Origin: Macrostomum lignano
Taxonomy: Eukaryota
DNA: 64,000 nt
Assembly: GCA_002269645.1 (NCBI GenBank)
Contig: NIVC01002162.1
Coordinates: forward strand, 1-64,000
Direction of reading: 5' to 3'
The notes beneath the pieces were generated by a model. The model was not told the origin of the DNA. It ran no database searches and saw nothing but the letters and a program-made list of their open reading frames with translations. The translations under genes and the position numbers were made by a program. The stretch's first letter is position 1, and each line of letters starts with the position of its first letter. Positions 33,801-45,951 of this stretch are shown here, in pieces.

Positions 33801-34619
33801 GGGCTGTCTGGGAAATGACACAAATCAAGACTCCATACGAATTGAAAGCACTCTTAAAAATGGCAGTTAATTTTCTATTTTAATCTTAAAATATTCAGTG
33901 CAAAAAACAAAACTCCAACGCCTCATCATTATCACTTCAGCAAATGCAAATCAGAAAGATAAGCTTCTGCAAATCGTTCACAGATTTTGAGTTTTAATCC
34001 GTACACCAGGGCCGCTAACATTTTGCTAATTGTAGGCGTAAACACTATTTATTAATAAGAGTCGATGAAACTCGATATCCTTATTATGTAAGTATTGTAT
34101 TTGTATACAACATCCAAGTATATAATCCGGTATATTCTTAGCGACTCGAGTGCCTGCATTTGTCCGATTGTGCTTCGTCAAATTCACGCTAAACTTCTCT
34201 GATCTACAAAAAGACTGACGAAAGAGGCCCACAGATCAGAATGGGGGTGGGGGATTAGCAGAGGTGCGACCCGCGCCGGAGTGGGATGTTAATCCCCGGG
34301 ATAAATTGACTGTTGAGGATGGGGGAAACTGTCGCGCGGCCCAAAGCCCTCCTCCCCAGCCTCATATTTCGGCGGCAAGTGAGGACTCAAGTGAGAACGA
34401 ATCAAGGCGGTCGTTGACGGACAATCTGGGAAGACTATAGAAGACCATATAGAACTACGAGTATATATATCTTCATTTACCTATGCTCATCGTATATGCA
34501 TTTGGCAGAAATCTTAACGATTTGGTTTGTTTAGTTGTTCATTGAGCTTTCTTATCGAAGGATTATTTGATTGAAGGGTTTGCTTTTTAGCTGGCCATGC
34601 CAGTTTAGTAAAATATTCA

Positions 34620-35480
34620 TCCTCTCTTCTCCCTCCTCTCTTCTCCCCCCTCTCTTCTCCCCCCTCTCTTCTCCCCCCTCTCTTCTCCCCCTCTCTTCTC
34701 CCCCCTCTCTTCTCCCCCTCTCTTCTCCCCCCTCTCTTCTACCCCCTCTCTTCTCCCCCTCTCTTCTCCCCCCTCTCTTCTCTCCCCTCTCTTCTCTGCC
34801 CTCTCTTCTCTGCCCTCTCTTCTCTTCTCTGCCCTCTCTTCTCTCCCCTCTCTTCTCTGCCCTCTCTTCTCTCCCCTCTCTTCTCTGCCCTCTCTTCTCT
34901 CCCCTCTCTTCTCCCCCTCTCTTCTCTCCCCTCTCTTCTCCCCCCTCTTCTCTCCCCTCTCTTCTCCCCCTCTCTTCTCCCCCTCTCTTCTCCCCCCTCT
35001 CTTCTCTGCCCTCTCTTCTCTCCCCTCTCTTCTCTGCCCTCTCTTCTCTCCCCTCTCTTCTTTCCCCTCTCTTCTCTCCCCTCTCTTCTCCCCCTCTCTT
35101 CTCTGCCCTCTCTTCTCTCCCCTCTCTTCTCTGCCCTCTCTTCTCTCCCCTCTCTTCTCTGCCCTCTCTTCTCTCCCCTCTCTTCTTTCCCCTCTCTTCT
35201 CTCCCCTCTCTTCTCCCCCCTCTCTTCTCTGCCCTCTCTTCTCTGCCCTCTCTTCTCTGCCCTCTCTTCTCTGCCCTCTCTTCTCTCCCCTCTCTTCTCT
35301 GCCCTCTCTTCTCTCCCCTCTCTTCTCTGCCCTCTCTTCTCTCCCCTCTCTTCTCCCCCTCTCTTCTCTCCCCTCTCTTCTCCCCCTCTCTTCTCTGCCC
35401 TCTCTTCTCTCCCCTCTCTTCTCTGCCCTCTCTTCTCTCCCCTCTCTTCTTTCCCCTCTCTTCTCTCCTATCTCTTCTCT
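34620..35480. repeat. 14-bp pyrimidine repeat (TCTTCTCTGCCCTC)n, reverse complement of 33485-33800
   Basis: Visible periodicity. Confidence 0.92.
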
Positions 35481-36299
35481 TCCCTATCTTTTCACTGCAT
35501 GCAATTCCCTTACGATTTGGCAAAGAAACCAGTCTGACCCTCCCAAAATCCTCCTTCAAGGATCTCCTTGACTTATAGGCTATCTGTATTTTTTTCCACT
35601 CCCCAAACGGCAGAAGGCCTCCCTAACGCCTCTGAGCCGCTTTGATTATATCAGGGGCTGCGGGCACAGGCAGACCGAAGCCGAGTTAAGCCTTCATCCA
35701 ATTGAGCTTCGTTGGAAAATAACGCGGAGGCTGAGAGAGAGCGAGGAAGAGAGGAGAGAGAGTGAGGGAGAGACGAAGGAAGACACGCGGCCGCCAAGTG
35801 TCAGCGGCAGGACGTCGACTCTCAAGAATATTCTTAAACGACAAGGTTCCAAGTTTAGCATAGAGCGGGAGTGATGAGCAGTATCTGTTCGTAGGAGCTG
35901 TTTGGAATTGAGAAAATCTTTGCCCTCTATTTTCCTCTCTGGCTGGCGCACCGCGAGTTAATCCGCGCGTCGGATTCTAGCGGCCCAAGGATTAACCGAT
36001 TAATCCCTGTTTGCGATGATCCGGGGGGGTGGGGGGGCGGGACGACGGCTTTAGGCATGGGCCGAAAAAAAAACTGCGAAAAATGATTCGGTGGGGAGAG
36101 ATTCTCAATTTCTGCGCCAAGCAGGCCGCGGCAGATTCAGATGTCTCTCGACTCGACAGTGAGGAAGCCAGGGAGATGGGAAAAGTCAACAACAGTGCTT
36201 GATTGGGACCCGATTTTGTGCACGGTTTTCAGTTCGTCTCTCTTGAACATTTAGGATTGAGGCTCTGAAGTCTGAGAACTCTGAAAGGGGCGTGAGATT

Positions 36300-36905
36300 C
36301 CCCTAATGAATGTGAGATTCCCCTGATGGATGTGAGATTCCCCTGATGGATGTGAGATTACCCTGATGGATGTGAGATTACCCTGATGGATGTGAGATTA
36401 CCCTGATGGATGTGAGATTCCCTTGATGAATGTGAGATTCCCCTGATAAATGTGAGATTCCCCTGATAAATGTGAGATTCCCCTGATAAATGTGAGATTC
36501 CCCTGATGAATGTGAAATTCCCCTGATTGATGTGAGATTCCCCTGATAAATGTGAGATTCCCCTGATGAATGTGAGATTCCTGAGGATGAGATTCCTGAG
36601 GATGAGATTCCTGAGGATGAGATTCCTGAGGATGAGATTCCTGAGGATGAGATTCCTGAGGATGAGATTCCTGAGGATGAGATTCCTGAGGATGAGATTC
36701 CTGAGGATGAGATTCCTGGGGATGAGATTCCTGAGGATGAGATTCCTGAGGATGAGATTCCTGAGGATGAGATTCCTGAGGATGAGATTCCTGAGGATGA
36801 GATTCCTGAGGATGAGATTCCTGAGGATGAGATTCCTGGGGATGAGATTCCTGAGGATGAGATTCCTGAGGATGAGATTCCTGAGGATGAGATTCCTGAG
36901 GATGT
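36300..36905. repeat. 21-bp unit (GATGTGAGATTCCCCTGAT..) switching to 15-bp unit (GAGGATGAGATTCCT)n
   Basis: Unit switch at ~36580. Confidence 0.95.
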
Positions 36906-37429
36906 GAGAATCCTAAGGATTCGAGATTCCCTAGGATTCCCGGGGAACCTTGAAAAACAACACAGGACTGAAGAAGACTGCAGCGAGCCTCATTACCCAA
37001 ACGTTGCTCTGCTTGGCCTCAAATAAAATGATGACGAGCGTTCGCGATGGGACAGGAGCGCGAGTCGGAGGACCGGGCTGCAATTTCTGTCGGTGACAGG
37101 CGAGTAGATCGATAGGGGTGGAGGTGGCGCCCGCCCAATTACATAAGATTGAGATTGGCACTGATAGTGGCGCATCAATGCAGGAATTTGAGGACCTCAG
37201 GTTCGCTCGGAGAATGCGTGGCTCTGACGTCCTTCGAGAGGGGCAAGAGGTTGGCATCGATAAAGGAATCGAGGATTTGAGGGGACATCTGGTGTGGTAA
37301 GGGATGCACCAGCATAGGGGGATATCAGATCGGCTTTTGAGGGAAATTTAACCAACCAAACTTGAATGATCATTTTCTTTGAATTGGAAAGTTGGCATAA
37401 AAGGCGCCAAACACTGTAAAGTCTGTAAA

Positions 37430-38750
37430 GTGGTGCCAAAACTGATGGACAAGTGGCGCCAAAACTGATTGACAAGTGGCGCCGATTCTGATGGACAAGT
37501 GGCGCCAAAACTGATGAACAAGTGGCGCCGGTTCTGATGCAAAAGTGGCGCCAAAACTGATTGACAAGTGGCGCCAAAACTGATGGACAAATGGCGATAA
37601 AAATGATAGACAAGTGGCGCCGAAGCTGATGGAAAAGTGGCGCCAAAAATGATGGACAAATGGCGCCAAAACTGATGGACAAGTGGCGCCAAAACTGATT
37701 GACAAATGGCGCCAAAACTAATAGACAAGTGGCGCCAAAACTGATTGACAAGTGGCGCCAAAACTGATTGACAAATGGCGCCAAAACTGATTGACAAGTG
37801 GCGCCAAAACTGATGGACAAATGGTACCAAAACTGATGGACAAATGGCGCCAAAACTGATGGACAAGTGGCGCCAAAACTGATAGACAAATGGCGCCAAA
37901 ACTGATTGACAAATGGCGCCAAAACTGATTGACAAGTGGCGCCAAAACTGATTGACAAATGGCGCCAAAACTGATTGACAAGTGGCGCCGAATCTGATAG
38001 ACAAATGGCGCCAAAACTGATAGACAAATGGCGCCAAAACTGATAGACAAATGGCGCCAAAACTGATTGACAAGTGGCGCCAAAACTGATTGACAAATGG
38101 CGCCAAAGCTGATAGACAAATGGCGCCAAAACTGATTGACAAGTGGCGCCAAAACTGATAGACAAATGGCGCCAAAACTGATAGACAAATGGCGCCAAAA
38201 CTGATTGACAAGTGGCGCCAAAACTGATGGACAAATGGCGATAAAAATGATAGACAAGTGGCGCCGAAGCTGATGGAAAAGTGGCGCCAAAACTGATGGA
38301 CAAATGGCGATAAAAATGATAGACAAGTGGCGCCGAAGCTGATGGAAAAGTGGCGCCAAAAATGATGGACAAATGGCGCCAAAACTGATGGACAAGTGGC
38401 GCCAAAACTGATTGACAAATGGCGCCGAATCTGATAGACAAATGGCGCCAAAACTGATAGACAAATGGCGCCAAAACTGATTGACAAGTGGCGCCAAAAC
38501 TGATAGACAAATGGCGCCAAAACTGATTGACAAGTGGCGCCAAAACTGATTGACAAATGGCGCCAAAGCTGATAGACAAATGGCGCCAAAACTGATTGAC
38601 AAGTGGCGCCAAAACTGATAGACAAATGGCGCCAAAACTGATTGACAAGTGGCGCCAAAACTGATGGACAAGTGGCGATAAAAATGATAGACAAGTGGCG
38701 ATAAAAATGATAGACAAGTGGCGCCAAAACTGATGGACGAGTGGCGCCAA
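37430..38750. repeat. 23-bp repeat (TGGCGCCAAAACTGATAGACAAA)n
   Basis: About 55 units. Confidence 0.96.
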
Positions 38751-39464
38751 ACTTATTTAGGAAATTTAGGCAAAACTTGTTGTGCCTCAAGTTTCCGAGC
38801 ACCATTGTCCATGAAACCAAGCGCCACTGATATACAGTACAAGACCATCTCTCAAAAGTTTTTCAATATGTTCTAATAAAATTATGCTTGATTATGAGTT
38901 CTAAATAGTATCTAGTAATACGATTATTTTTTATACAATATTTGCTGATCCTAAACACAATTATTAAATCACCTTTCCCTTGGTAACAGGGTACAATATA
39001 ATTACTAATATTGATTCCTATATCCCTGCGGCTATGTGCCATTCTCCCCATATGGAAAGTAATTTTTGCAGAGAGATCAAATCCTGAATCCCATTGTTGA
39101 AACCAAATCTCCCAACACAGATATTATATTTGAGTTTTATAGGCGCCTATCACAGTATGAGGCCAGTATCCATGCCCATTGAACTCGAAGGCTAAATTAA
39201 GCGTGAATTCGTCTGGTAATTAGTCCATAATTGGCCTACTGCACTTGCAAACAAATTTTCAAGACAAGACTTGATTTCCCCATAATCCCAATTTACCCTC
39301 GAGGCTATAAAAATACAAAACATCATTAATGCTATCATAGTTACCAGAGGGACAATAATCACACTCAGGTTTCTCTCAATTTTGCATTCTGATCTTTTAC
39401 ACCTCACTGCTTTCACTTAGTTGTGAGTGTACTGACACGAATTTAATACTTTTAGTCCCAAACT

Positions 39465-39865
39465 CATCTCCCAAACTGGAATAGGTCCTCATGAGCTTGT
39501 AGATCTCCCAAACTGGAATAGGTCCTCATGAGCTTGTAGATCTCCCAAACTGGAATAGATCCTCATGAGCTTGTAGATCTCCCAAACTGGAATAGATCCT
39601 CATGAGCTTGTAGATCTCCCAAACTGGAATAGATCCTCATGAGCTTATAGATCTCCCAAACTGGAATAGATCCTCATGAGCTTATAGATCTCCCAAACTG
39701 GAATAGATCTTCCAAACTGGAATAGATCCCCATGAGCTTGTAGATCTCCCAAACTAGAATAGATTCTCATGAGCTTGTAGATCTCCCAAACTGGAATAGA
39801 TCCTCATGAGCTTGTAGATCTCCCAAACTGGAATAGATCCTCATGAGCTTGTAGATCTCCAAAGC
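39465..39865. repeat. 37-bp repeat (CTCCCAAACTGGAATAGATCCTCATGAGCTTGTAGAT)n
   Basis: About 10 units. Confidence 0.94.
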
Positions 39866-41182
39866 TCTATTAAACCTCAATGAGCTAGTTTGCCCAAACA
39901 ACAGCAAAGCGTGCAAATCTCAGCAAAAACTCCTCAGCATCCCAAAATACACGTGCATCAAGTTGCATTCGCGCTTCCACAGTTCTCAAACTCTATCCAT
40001 CTCTATTTCTGAGACTTCTTCTCTCCTTGAGTTCGTCTTCGCCTTGATTCGAATTTAATGATTCGAACCCTCAAGGCTTGCATGCAGCATTGAGGGGGGC
40101 GCAGTCGCCTGGAGGCACTGGCGGACCAGCTAATGAATTGAGTTACAGTTCCTGCTGCGGACAGAAAGGAGAGAATGAGACAGTGGGAGACAGAGCTAGT
40201 GAGAGGTGGACCCGGCGGCAGAGATAGACAAGGGAGATATAGAGAAGCTTGACCCCCTCCCTCTTTCTCCAGCTCCTCTGCCCTGTTCCACTTGGCTGGA
40301 TGAAGTTTGGAGCAAAACCTGCGCGCCCGCAAATGCTCAGCATGGCCAAGGAGACTCGGAGCTAGAGCAGGGATTTGGAAACACTTCTCCAACTCCCCGA
40401 GGGCCATGCAGCCTTAAAAATGGATGCCGGATATGTGTCCTATCGCCAGTAAATTTAGTATATGCTTCTAGAGAAACCTGATGTTTCTATAGACCAAATT
40501 TGTCTATGGCCAGAACCCATTCAGCTCTATGCGTTCTCTTGGGTATTTTTATTCATTTAACCAATTTTTCAATTTTACAAATATACAGTCAATAAGGACA
40601 CACTGAGAAGTGTCTTAGAAATAGGATTTCTTAGGATTTAGGTTTCTAGATGAGGAGTTGGCCAACTCCAGACTCTCTCAGTTTAGATCCCCATGGTCCA
40701 TCGTATGATATAGCAACACCGGGGAAACAGATAGGGGGAAGGCGGTGGTCGCCCCCTGCCCTAATTCCTTCTCACTTCGTTCTCAAAGCCCTGGACGCTG
40801 GCAGATTTTTTGTGGATCCTCCAGCCCCCCTCCAGAGTCGCCAGCCCGCACAAATTTGCCTGCAGGGCAATTTCGCGGATCTCAGCGGGCATTTTGAATG
40901 GCTTGGCTCCTTATATACATATATTATTTTCTCAAAAGCAACTACAGACCCTTGCCAGGCAGTAACTCAATCATGCGGTGGAAAAAAACAAGATTTCACT
41001 GATTTCTATGCCAGATTAATACACGGAATCTGGGGCAGTGGCCGAGTTTGAGTGTCTAAGGTGTGAAATAAACTTGTCAAGAAATGGCTGTTTTATCATT
41101 TGTTATAACTTACTGACCCCGGGTTGCATGACATTCGAAGTACAGATATACGCGTATTAATATGCGTATTAATGAGCACATA

Positions 41183-42514
41183 CGAGGGGTATTCAAAAAG
41201 TTTTGGCAACAGGCTACTAAAATCTAGTGCAAGCTCATTATTCTAAAAGTAAGGGTTTACAGTCCTTCTATGTAGTCTCCGCCGCGCTCTATGCACTTCT
41301 GATGCCTCCGTAGCCACGAATCAAAGGCGCCGCGGTACTCCGATTCAGTGAATGCCCTCAACTCTGAATTGATAGCGCGCGCCAGGTCTTGCGGCCTCTG
41401 AAATTGGCGCCCAGCCAGCCTCTCGGTCAGTTTCGGGAAGGCCCAGAAGTCGCACGGAGCCAAGTCCGGGCTGTAGGGCGGGTGGCGAACGGTTTTCAGC
41501 CGGTTCTCCTCCAGAAATGCTGAAGTCATCGCCGCAGTATGGCTTGACGCATTGTCATGGTGAAGGTGGATGCGACCTGACTCCAAGCGCGTGCGTTGAT
41601 TTTGCCGCACGAAATCAACGACAGCTGGCAGGGCAGTGCTGGTGTAGAAGCTGGCGTTCACATTCTGGCCTTTGGGCACCATGACAACAGCTACTGGGCC
41701 ACAGATGCTAAAGAACACAACGAACATCTGCTTGCGTGAGCGAAATCCTGATCGCAGAACTGTTGGACGCTCTTCATCTGCGCCAGTCCAAACCTTGTTC
41801 TGGCTCTTGTTGGGCACCTGGAAGTAGTAAAACCACTTCTCGTCACCGGTGACAATGTCAGAGAGGCGCTTGGTGCCGCCAGAACCGAAGCAGCGCAAGA
41901 ACTCCTGACTGCAGCGAACCCGCTCCTGGCGCTGCTCCTCAGTGAGCTGATGTGGCACCCAACGAGCTGTGATCTTCCTGAGCCCCAGCTGCTCATGCAG
42001 GATGGTGAAAACGCTGCCCTCAGATATGTCAAGTGTCTGGCTCAGCATGGCAACAGAAATGTTTGGGTCCTCAGCCACCAGCGATTGCACAGCGTCAATG
42101 TTGCTCTTGGTCACGGCTGTGCTCGGCCTCCCCGATCGAGGGTCGTCACAGAGGCTGCTCCTGCCGGCGCCAAAAGCCTCAATCCATCGCGCAACAGTGC
42201 GATAAGATGGAGCTTGATCCCCTATCACCTGTGCTAAGTCGGCATGGATTTTGGTGGCGTTTTCTCCAAGTTGTGCGCGCATGAAGATGCAGAAGCGCGT
42301 GTTTTCTGAGCTGATATTTTCCATAATTTGTCAGAAGCAGAAACGTAGGTATGGTTAGGTGTGAATTGTGCAATAACGGGTGAAGCCATTGAGCTGAAAA
42401 TTTATATGGTGGTCTCAGGCATGTTACTAAAAATGTCCCTAAAATTTAGTGTGTTTTGCTTGAGCCAAAGTATATCTGCATATGCAGTTGCCAAAACCTT
42501 TTGAATGCCCCTCG
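41183..42514 (-). mobile_element. Full-length mariner DNA transposon (irritans/Hsmar2-like TIR)
   Basis: 28-bp TIRs at 41183-41210 (CGAGGGGTATTCAAAAAGTTTTGGCAAC) and 42487-42514 differ at 2 positions. TA duplication at 41181-82 and 42515-16. Length 1332 bp. Confidence 0.96.
41257..42324 (-). CDS. Mariner transposase, 355 aa, DD34D
   Basis: Uninterrupted ORF with an N-terminal HTH region, WVPHQL, IVTGDEKW, HLHHDNASSH and HPPYSPDLAPCDF. There are 34 residues between the 2nd and 3rd Asp. Confidence 0.96.
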   Translation of the reverse strand: MENISSENTRFCIFMRAQLGENATKIHADLAQVIGDQAPSYRTVARWIEAFGAGRSSLCDDPRSGRPSTAVTKSNIDAVQSLVAEDPNISVAMLSQTLDISEGSVFTILHEQLGLRKITARWVPHQLTEEQRQERVRCSQEFLRCFGSGGTKRLSDIVTGDEKWFYYFQVPNKSQNKVWTGADEERPTVLRSGFRSRKQMFVVFFSICGPVAVVMVPKGQNVNASFYTSTALPAVVDFVRQNQRTRLESGRIHLHHDNASSHTAAMTSAFLEENRLKTVRHPPYSPDLAPCDFWAFPKLTERLAGRQFQRPQDLARAINSELRAFTESEYRGAFDSWLRRHQKCIERGGDYIEGL

Positions 42515-42669
42515 TACAAGCACGCCAATACTGTACACAGCACGCACGCACTCATGCACTCGCTCACACAGGGTGTACAGCGGCCCTGACTTTCTTATCG
42601 TCAAACATGTACACTCTCAGTGCTTTGGAGATTGACCCTCATTGGCTGTGAATCGCACACCAACCCTGT

Positions 42670-42820
42670 GCACCTGTACAAGCACACCTGTACAAGCACA
42701 CCTGTACAAGTACACCTGTACAAGCACACCTGTACAAGCACACCTGTACAAGCACACCTGTACAAGCACACCTGTACAAGCACACCTGTACAAGCACAAA
42801 TGTACATGCACACCTGTACC
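42670..42820. repeat. 14-bp repeat (CACCTGTACAAGCA)n abutting SINE core
   Basis: About 9 units. Confidence 0.9.
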
Positions 42821-43749
42821 TCCTTGTGATTTGACTGCTCAGAAATTATTGAATAGTTTGTGATTATACTACTAAATTTAGGCCGTAGTACAAGCTGTAC
42901 GAGTTAACTGAACCCATCCAGTTCTTTCCTGTCCAGCGGCACTGGACTTTATAACAGCTCAAGTTGGTATTGTATATGGGGGTCGGTGAAACAACAGCCA
43001 TGCGAAGCTAGGTGTTAAGTGGTTTGCTATGTCACACCCCCCCATGGGGACCATTTTCAAGTGCGCGCCGGTTACCCCCTCTCGCGGTTCCCATAGTCCA
43101 GGTGCCTGCACTGCGAACTGGTGGCTCGGAGGCCACACACACTTGGCCTACCAAATTCAAGCTATTGGTAGAGAGAGAGAGAGAGAGAATTCTGTTCTTT
43201 CGGTGCGGCTCTGTGCCATACGCTCCATATGCTAGTGTTATTCTGGAGGCAGGAGAACCTTATTAAGGTGAAAGTTTCAGTGTGCCCGGCACCAGAGAGA
43301 GAGGGAGAGAGAGAGTTAGAGGAGAAAGTGAAGAGGGTGCAAGTGTGTGAGCGCCTGTCCATAGTCCAGCGGTTTGGCAGCTACACCTCCGAACTCAACA
43401 GGGGCTACCTACTCCATTCTTCAATCTGTAGAGTGTTCTCGAATTGATTTAATTAAATTCTTCACGGGGCCAGGTAAGCTCTCTCGCTCTCGCTCTCTCA
43501 CACCATTCTCAATAGCACAGAAACTAGAAATTTCTGCAGACAGTTGAGCTAGTGCTCAGCGGATGAAAGACAAGTGTGTTAGCATGCACCGTGCGACAAA
43601 TTTTTTTTCTTAAGCGATGATAGTATGACAGATTACTGTGGATAAGAGGAGCTGCTCTAATTATACCTGTCAATAGCGTGTCATTCCGCTCATATTTCTC
43701 GTTTATGGCTATAAATATGTCAGGATTTTTAAAAAGGCGTCAGGATTTT

Positions 43750-44435
43750 TAAAAAGGTGTCAGGATCTGCAAATGAGGTGTCAGTATCTGTAAATAGATA
43801 TCAGGGTCTGTGAATGAATTGTCAGGATTTGAAAATGAGGTGTCAGGGTCTGCAAATGAGATGTCAGGGTCTGTGAATGAGATTTCAGGGTCTGCAAGTG
43901 AGATGTCAGGGTCTGCAAATGAGATGTCAGGGTCTGCAAATGAGATTTCAGGGTCTGCAAATGAGATGTCAGGGTCTGCAAGTGAGATGTCAGGGTCTGC
44001 AAATGAGATTTCAGGGTCTGCAAATGAGATGTCAGGGTCTGCAAACGAGATGTCAGGGTCTGTGAATGAGATTTCAGGGTCTGCAAACGAGATATCAGGG
44101 TCTGTGAATGAGATTTCAGGGTCTGCAAACGAGATGTCAGGGTCTGTGAATGAGATTTCAGGATCTGCAAACGAGATATCAGGGTCTGTGAATGAGATGT
44201 CAGGGTCTGCAAATGAGATGTCAGGGTCTGTGAATGAGATTTCAGGGTCTGCAAACGAGATATCAGGGTCTGTGAATGAGATTTCAGGGTCTGCAAATGA
44301 GATGTCAGGATCTGCAAATGAGATGTCAGGGTCTGCAAATGAGATGTCAGGGTCTGCAAATGAGATTTCAGGATCTGCAAATGAGATTTCAGTGTGTGCA
44401 AGTGAGATGTCAGGATCTGCAAATGAGATGTCAGA
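43750..44435. repeat. 21-bp repeat (TGAGATGTCAGGGTCTGCAAA)n
   Basis: About 31 units. Confidence 0.95.
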
Positions 44436-45169
44436 ATATAAATAAAGGCGTCAGGTTTTGCATGGGTGCGGGAAAGTGGCAGGCACTGCCCTCAGATCCC
44501 AGCAATGTTTTAATAAATACCACAACTGCTAAATCTCTTACCACGCTACTTAGTAAGTAGGAAGAAGCGGATAAAAAGCAAAAAATTGAATTTGGTACAG
44601 AATTCCGTTTATTAAGTTCATAAAAAATATTTTTCTCATAATCCAAGAGAATAAATAAATATGGGATACCGGATGCACAGGCTTATTGCATAAATATGCT
44701 GTCATTAGAATATTTTTTGCTCATACACTGTAAAAACAGAGATCAGAAAAGACGAAAAAAACAGTCAGAATTACGGATAATTAAGGTACAATTCAAAGTT
44801 TTATTGGCAAATAGTAAATTATTATAGACACTTTTATAAGCATTTAATCACACACACACAACAAGCATTGCGGCAGGTCATGCAAAAACAGAAATTTGCA
44901 TGTAACACAAAAAGTATGAGATAACAGAGCATTCGACTCGAACTTGAAGCGGTTAGGATAACTGAATAATAATATCCGGTTAAAAAATTTATCGACCCGA
45001 AAAATTTTCGAAATAATTTGTTTTAACAATTGAAGGATTTTTACGCTATAAGTTTTTTGTTTCAAAAGTTAAATTCCAGTTACGACAATAAGAAAGGCGA
45101 TTGTGCTTGATAATAGCAGGAAATGTAAATGAGCAATGGGTTACCATCGTCTTTCTTCTTGGGTTCAAC

Positions 45170-45643
45170 CAAAGATAACTAGTACCACTAGACAACCACT
45201 AGAATAACTAGTTGGGCCACTCAGCACATTTGCGTGTAAGCTACTTTCAGTTCAGTAGTAAGTTAAACGGAAGCATTTTAGTGAATTTTTAAAGCCAAGG
45301 TTCATTTATTGCTCTTACCCCCCATTTAAACCTCCAACCGCGCCTTTCCACTCTACGTCCACCCCCGTCCCGCCCCACCCCAATTTTTATTGCCTTTCTC
45401 GGAATTCCAACCTAAAGCGGCCATGTACATTTCAGTGGACTGGCCAATGTACATTATTGCTGAACCAATTAGCAAGTTGTTTACGCCTGCAAGCTTGGGC
45501 TTCTAAACTTATCAGAGTCATTTCAGCTGCCTTTGTTTATACTCGTATAATAGCTTATGTATTTTTCTTTGCTACTGAACTAAAAGTAGAAAGCTGTTTT
45601 ACTAAGTATGCCTGAGTGGCCCATCTAGTTCTTTTATTATCTG
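45170..45643. mobile_element. Mutator-like MITE (long imperfect TIRs, 10-bp TSD)
   Basis: Direct repeat TGGGTTCAAC at 45160-45169 and 45644-45653; termini CA...TG. Inverted blocks: CTAGTTGGGCCACTCAG (45208-45224) with CTGAGTGGCCCATCTAG (45612-45628), and CTACTTTCAGTTCAGTAG (45241-45258) with CTACTGAACTAAAAGTAG (45572-45589). Confidence 0.6.
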
Positions 45644-45951
45644 TGGGTTCAACTTGGGGTCATGATAGGTCAAGGTCAGGGTCGGGTCTCAACGAGATTA
45701 AATGAAGATCACAATAAGGGGCCAGTTCAAGTCACTTTATGGTCATTGGAGGTCATATCAGGTCACGTGTGGAATCCCACTAGGTCACACGAGGTCACAC
45801 GAGGTCAATTTGAGTTCATGTGAGGACACTTAATCTTACTTCAGGCCACATAAGGACGCACGAGGTCAGAGGAGATGAAGGCATATTCAAAGCGGAGTTA
45901 TGAAGCTCAAAAAAACTCAAGACGGGCTCAAAGGTCAAAGGTCACGCGAGG

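Larger units (their letters stand above)
41172..42645 (-). mobile_element. SINE family 2 (subtype B) fragment split by the mariner
   Basis: 42517-42640 contains the shared core CACAGGGTGTACAGCGGCCCTGACTTTCTTATCGTCAAACATGTACACT. The reconstructed empty site TGAGCACA-TA-CAAGCACGCCAATACTGTACA matches 57165-57198. Confidence 0.7.

Noticed and set aside
36993-37330. Small gene or exon (60-aa MEVAPAQ.. ORF)
   Set aside because: No recognisable domain and no convincing splice-site pair.
37197-38820. 517/490-aa membrane-like ORFs
   Set aside because: Translations of the 23-bp tandem repeat.
39900-41051. Cluster of 68-134-aa ORFs left of the mariner
   Set aside because: No recognisable motifs or consistent exon structure.
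43028-43500. Solo LTR starting TGTCACACC
   Set aside because: No matching ..ACA end with TSD, and no PBS or PPT found.
43781-44445. (SGSANEM)n ice-binding/adhesin-like or leucine-zipper-like ORFs
   Set aside because: A 21-bp repeat is open in several frames on both strands; there is no signal peptide or splice support.
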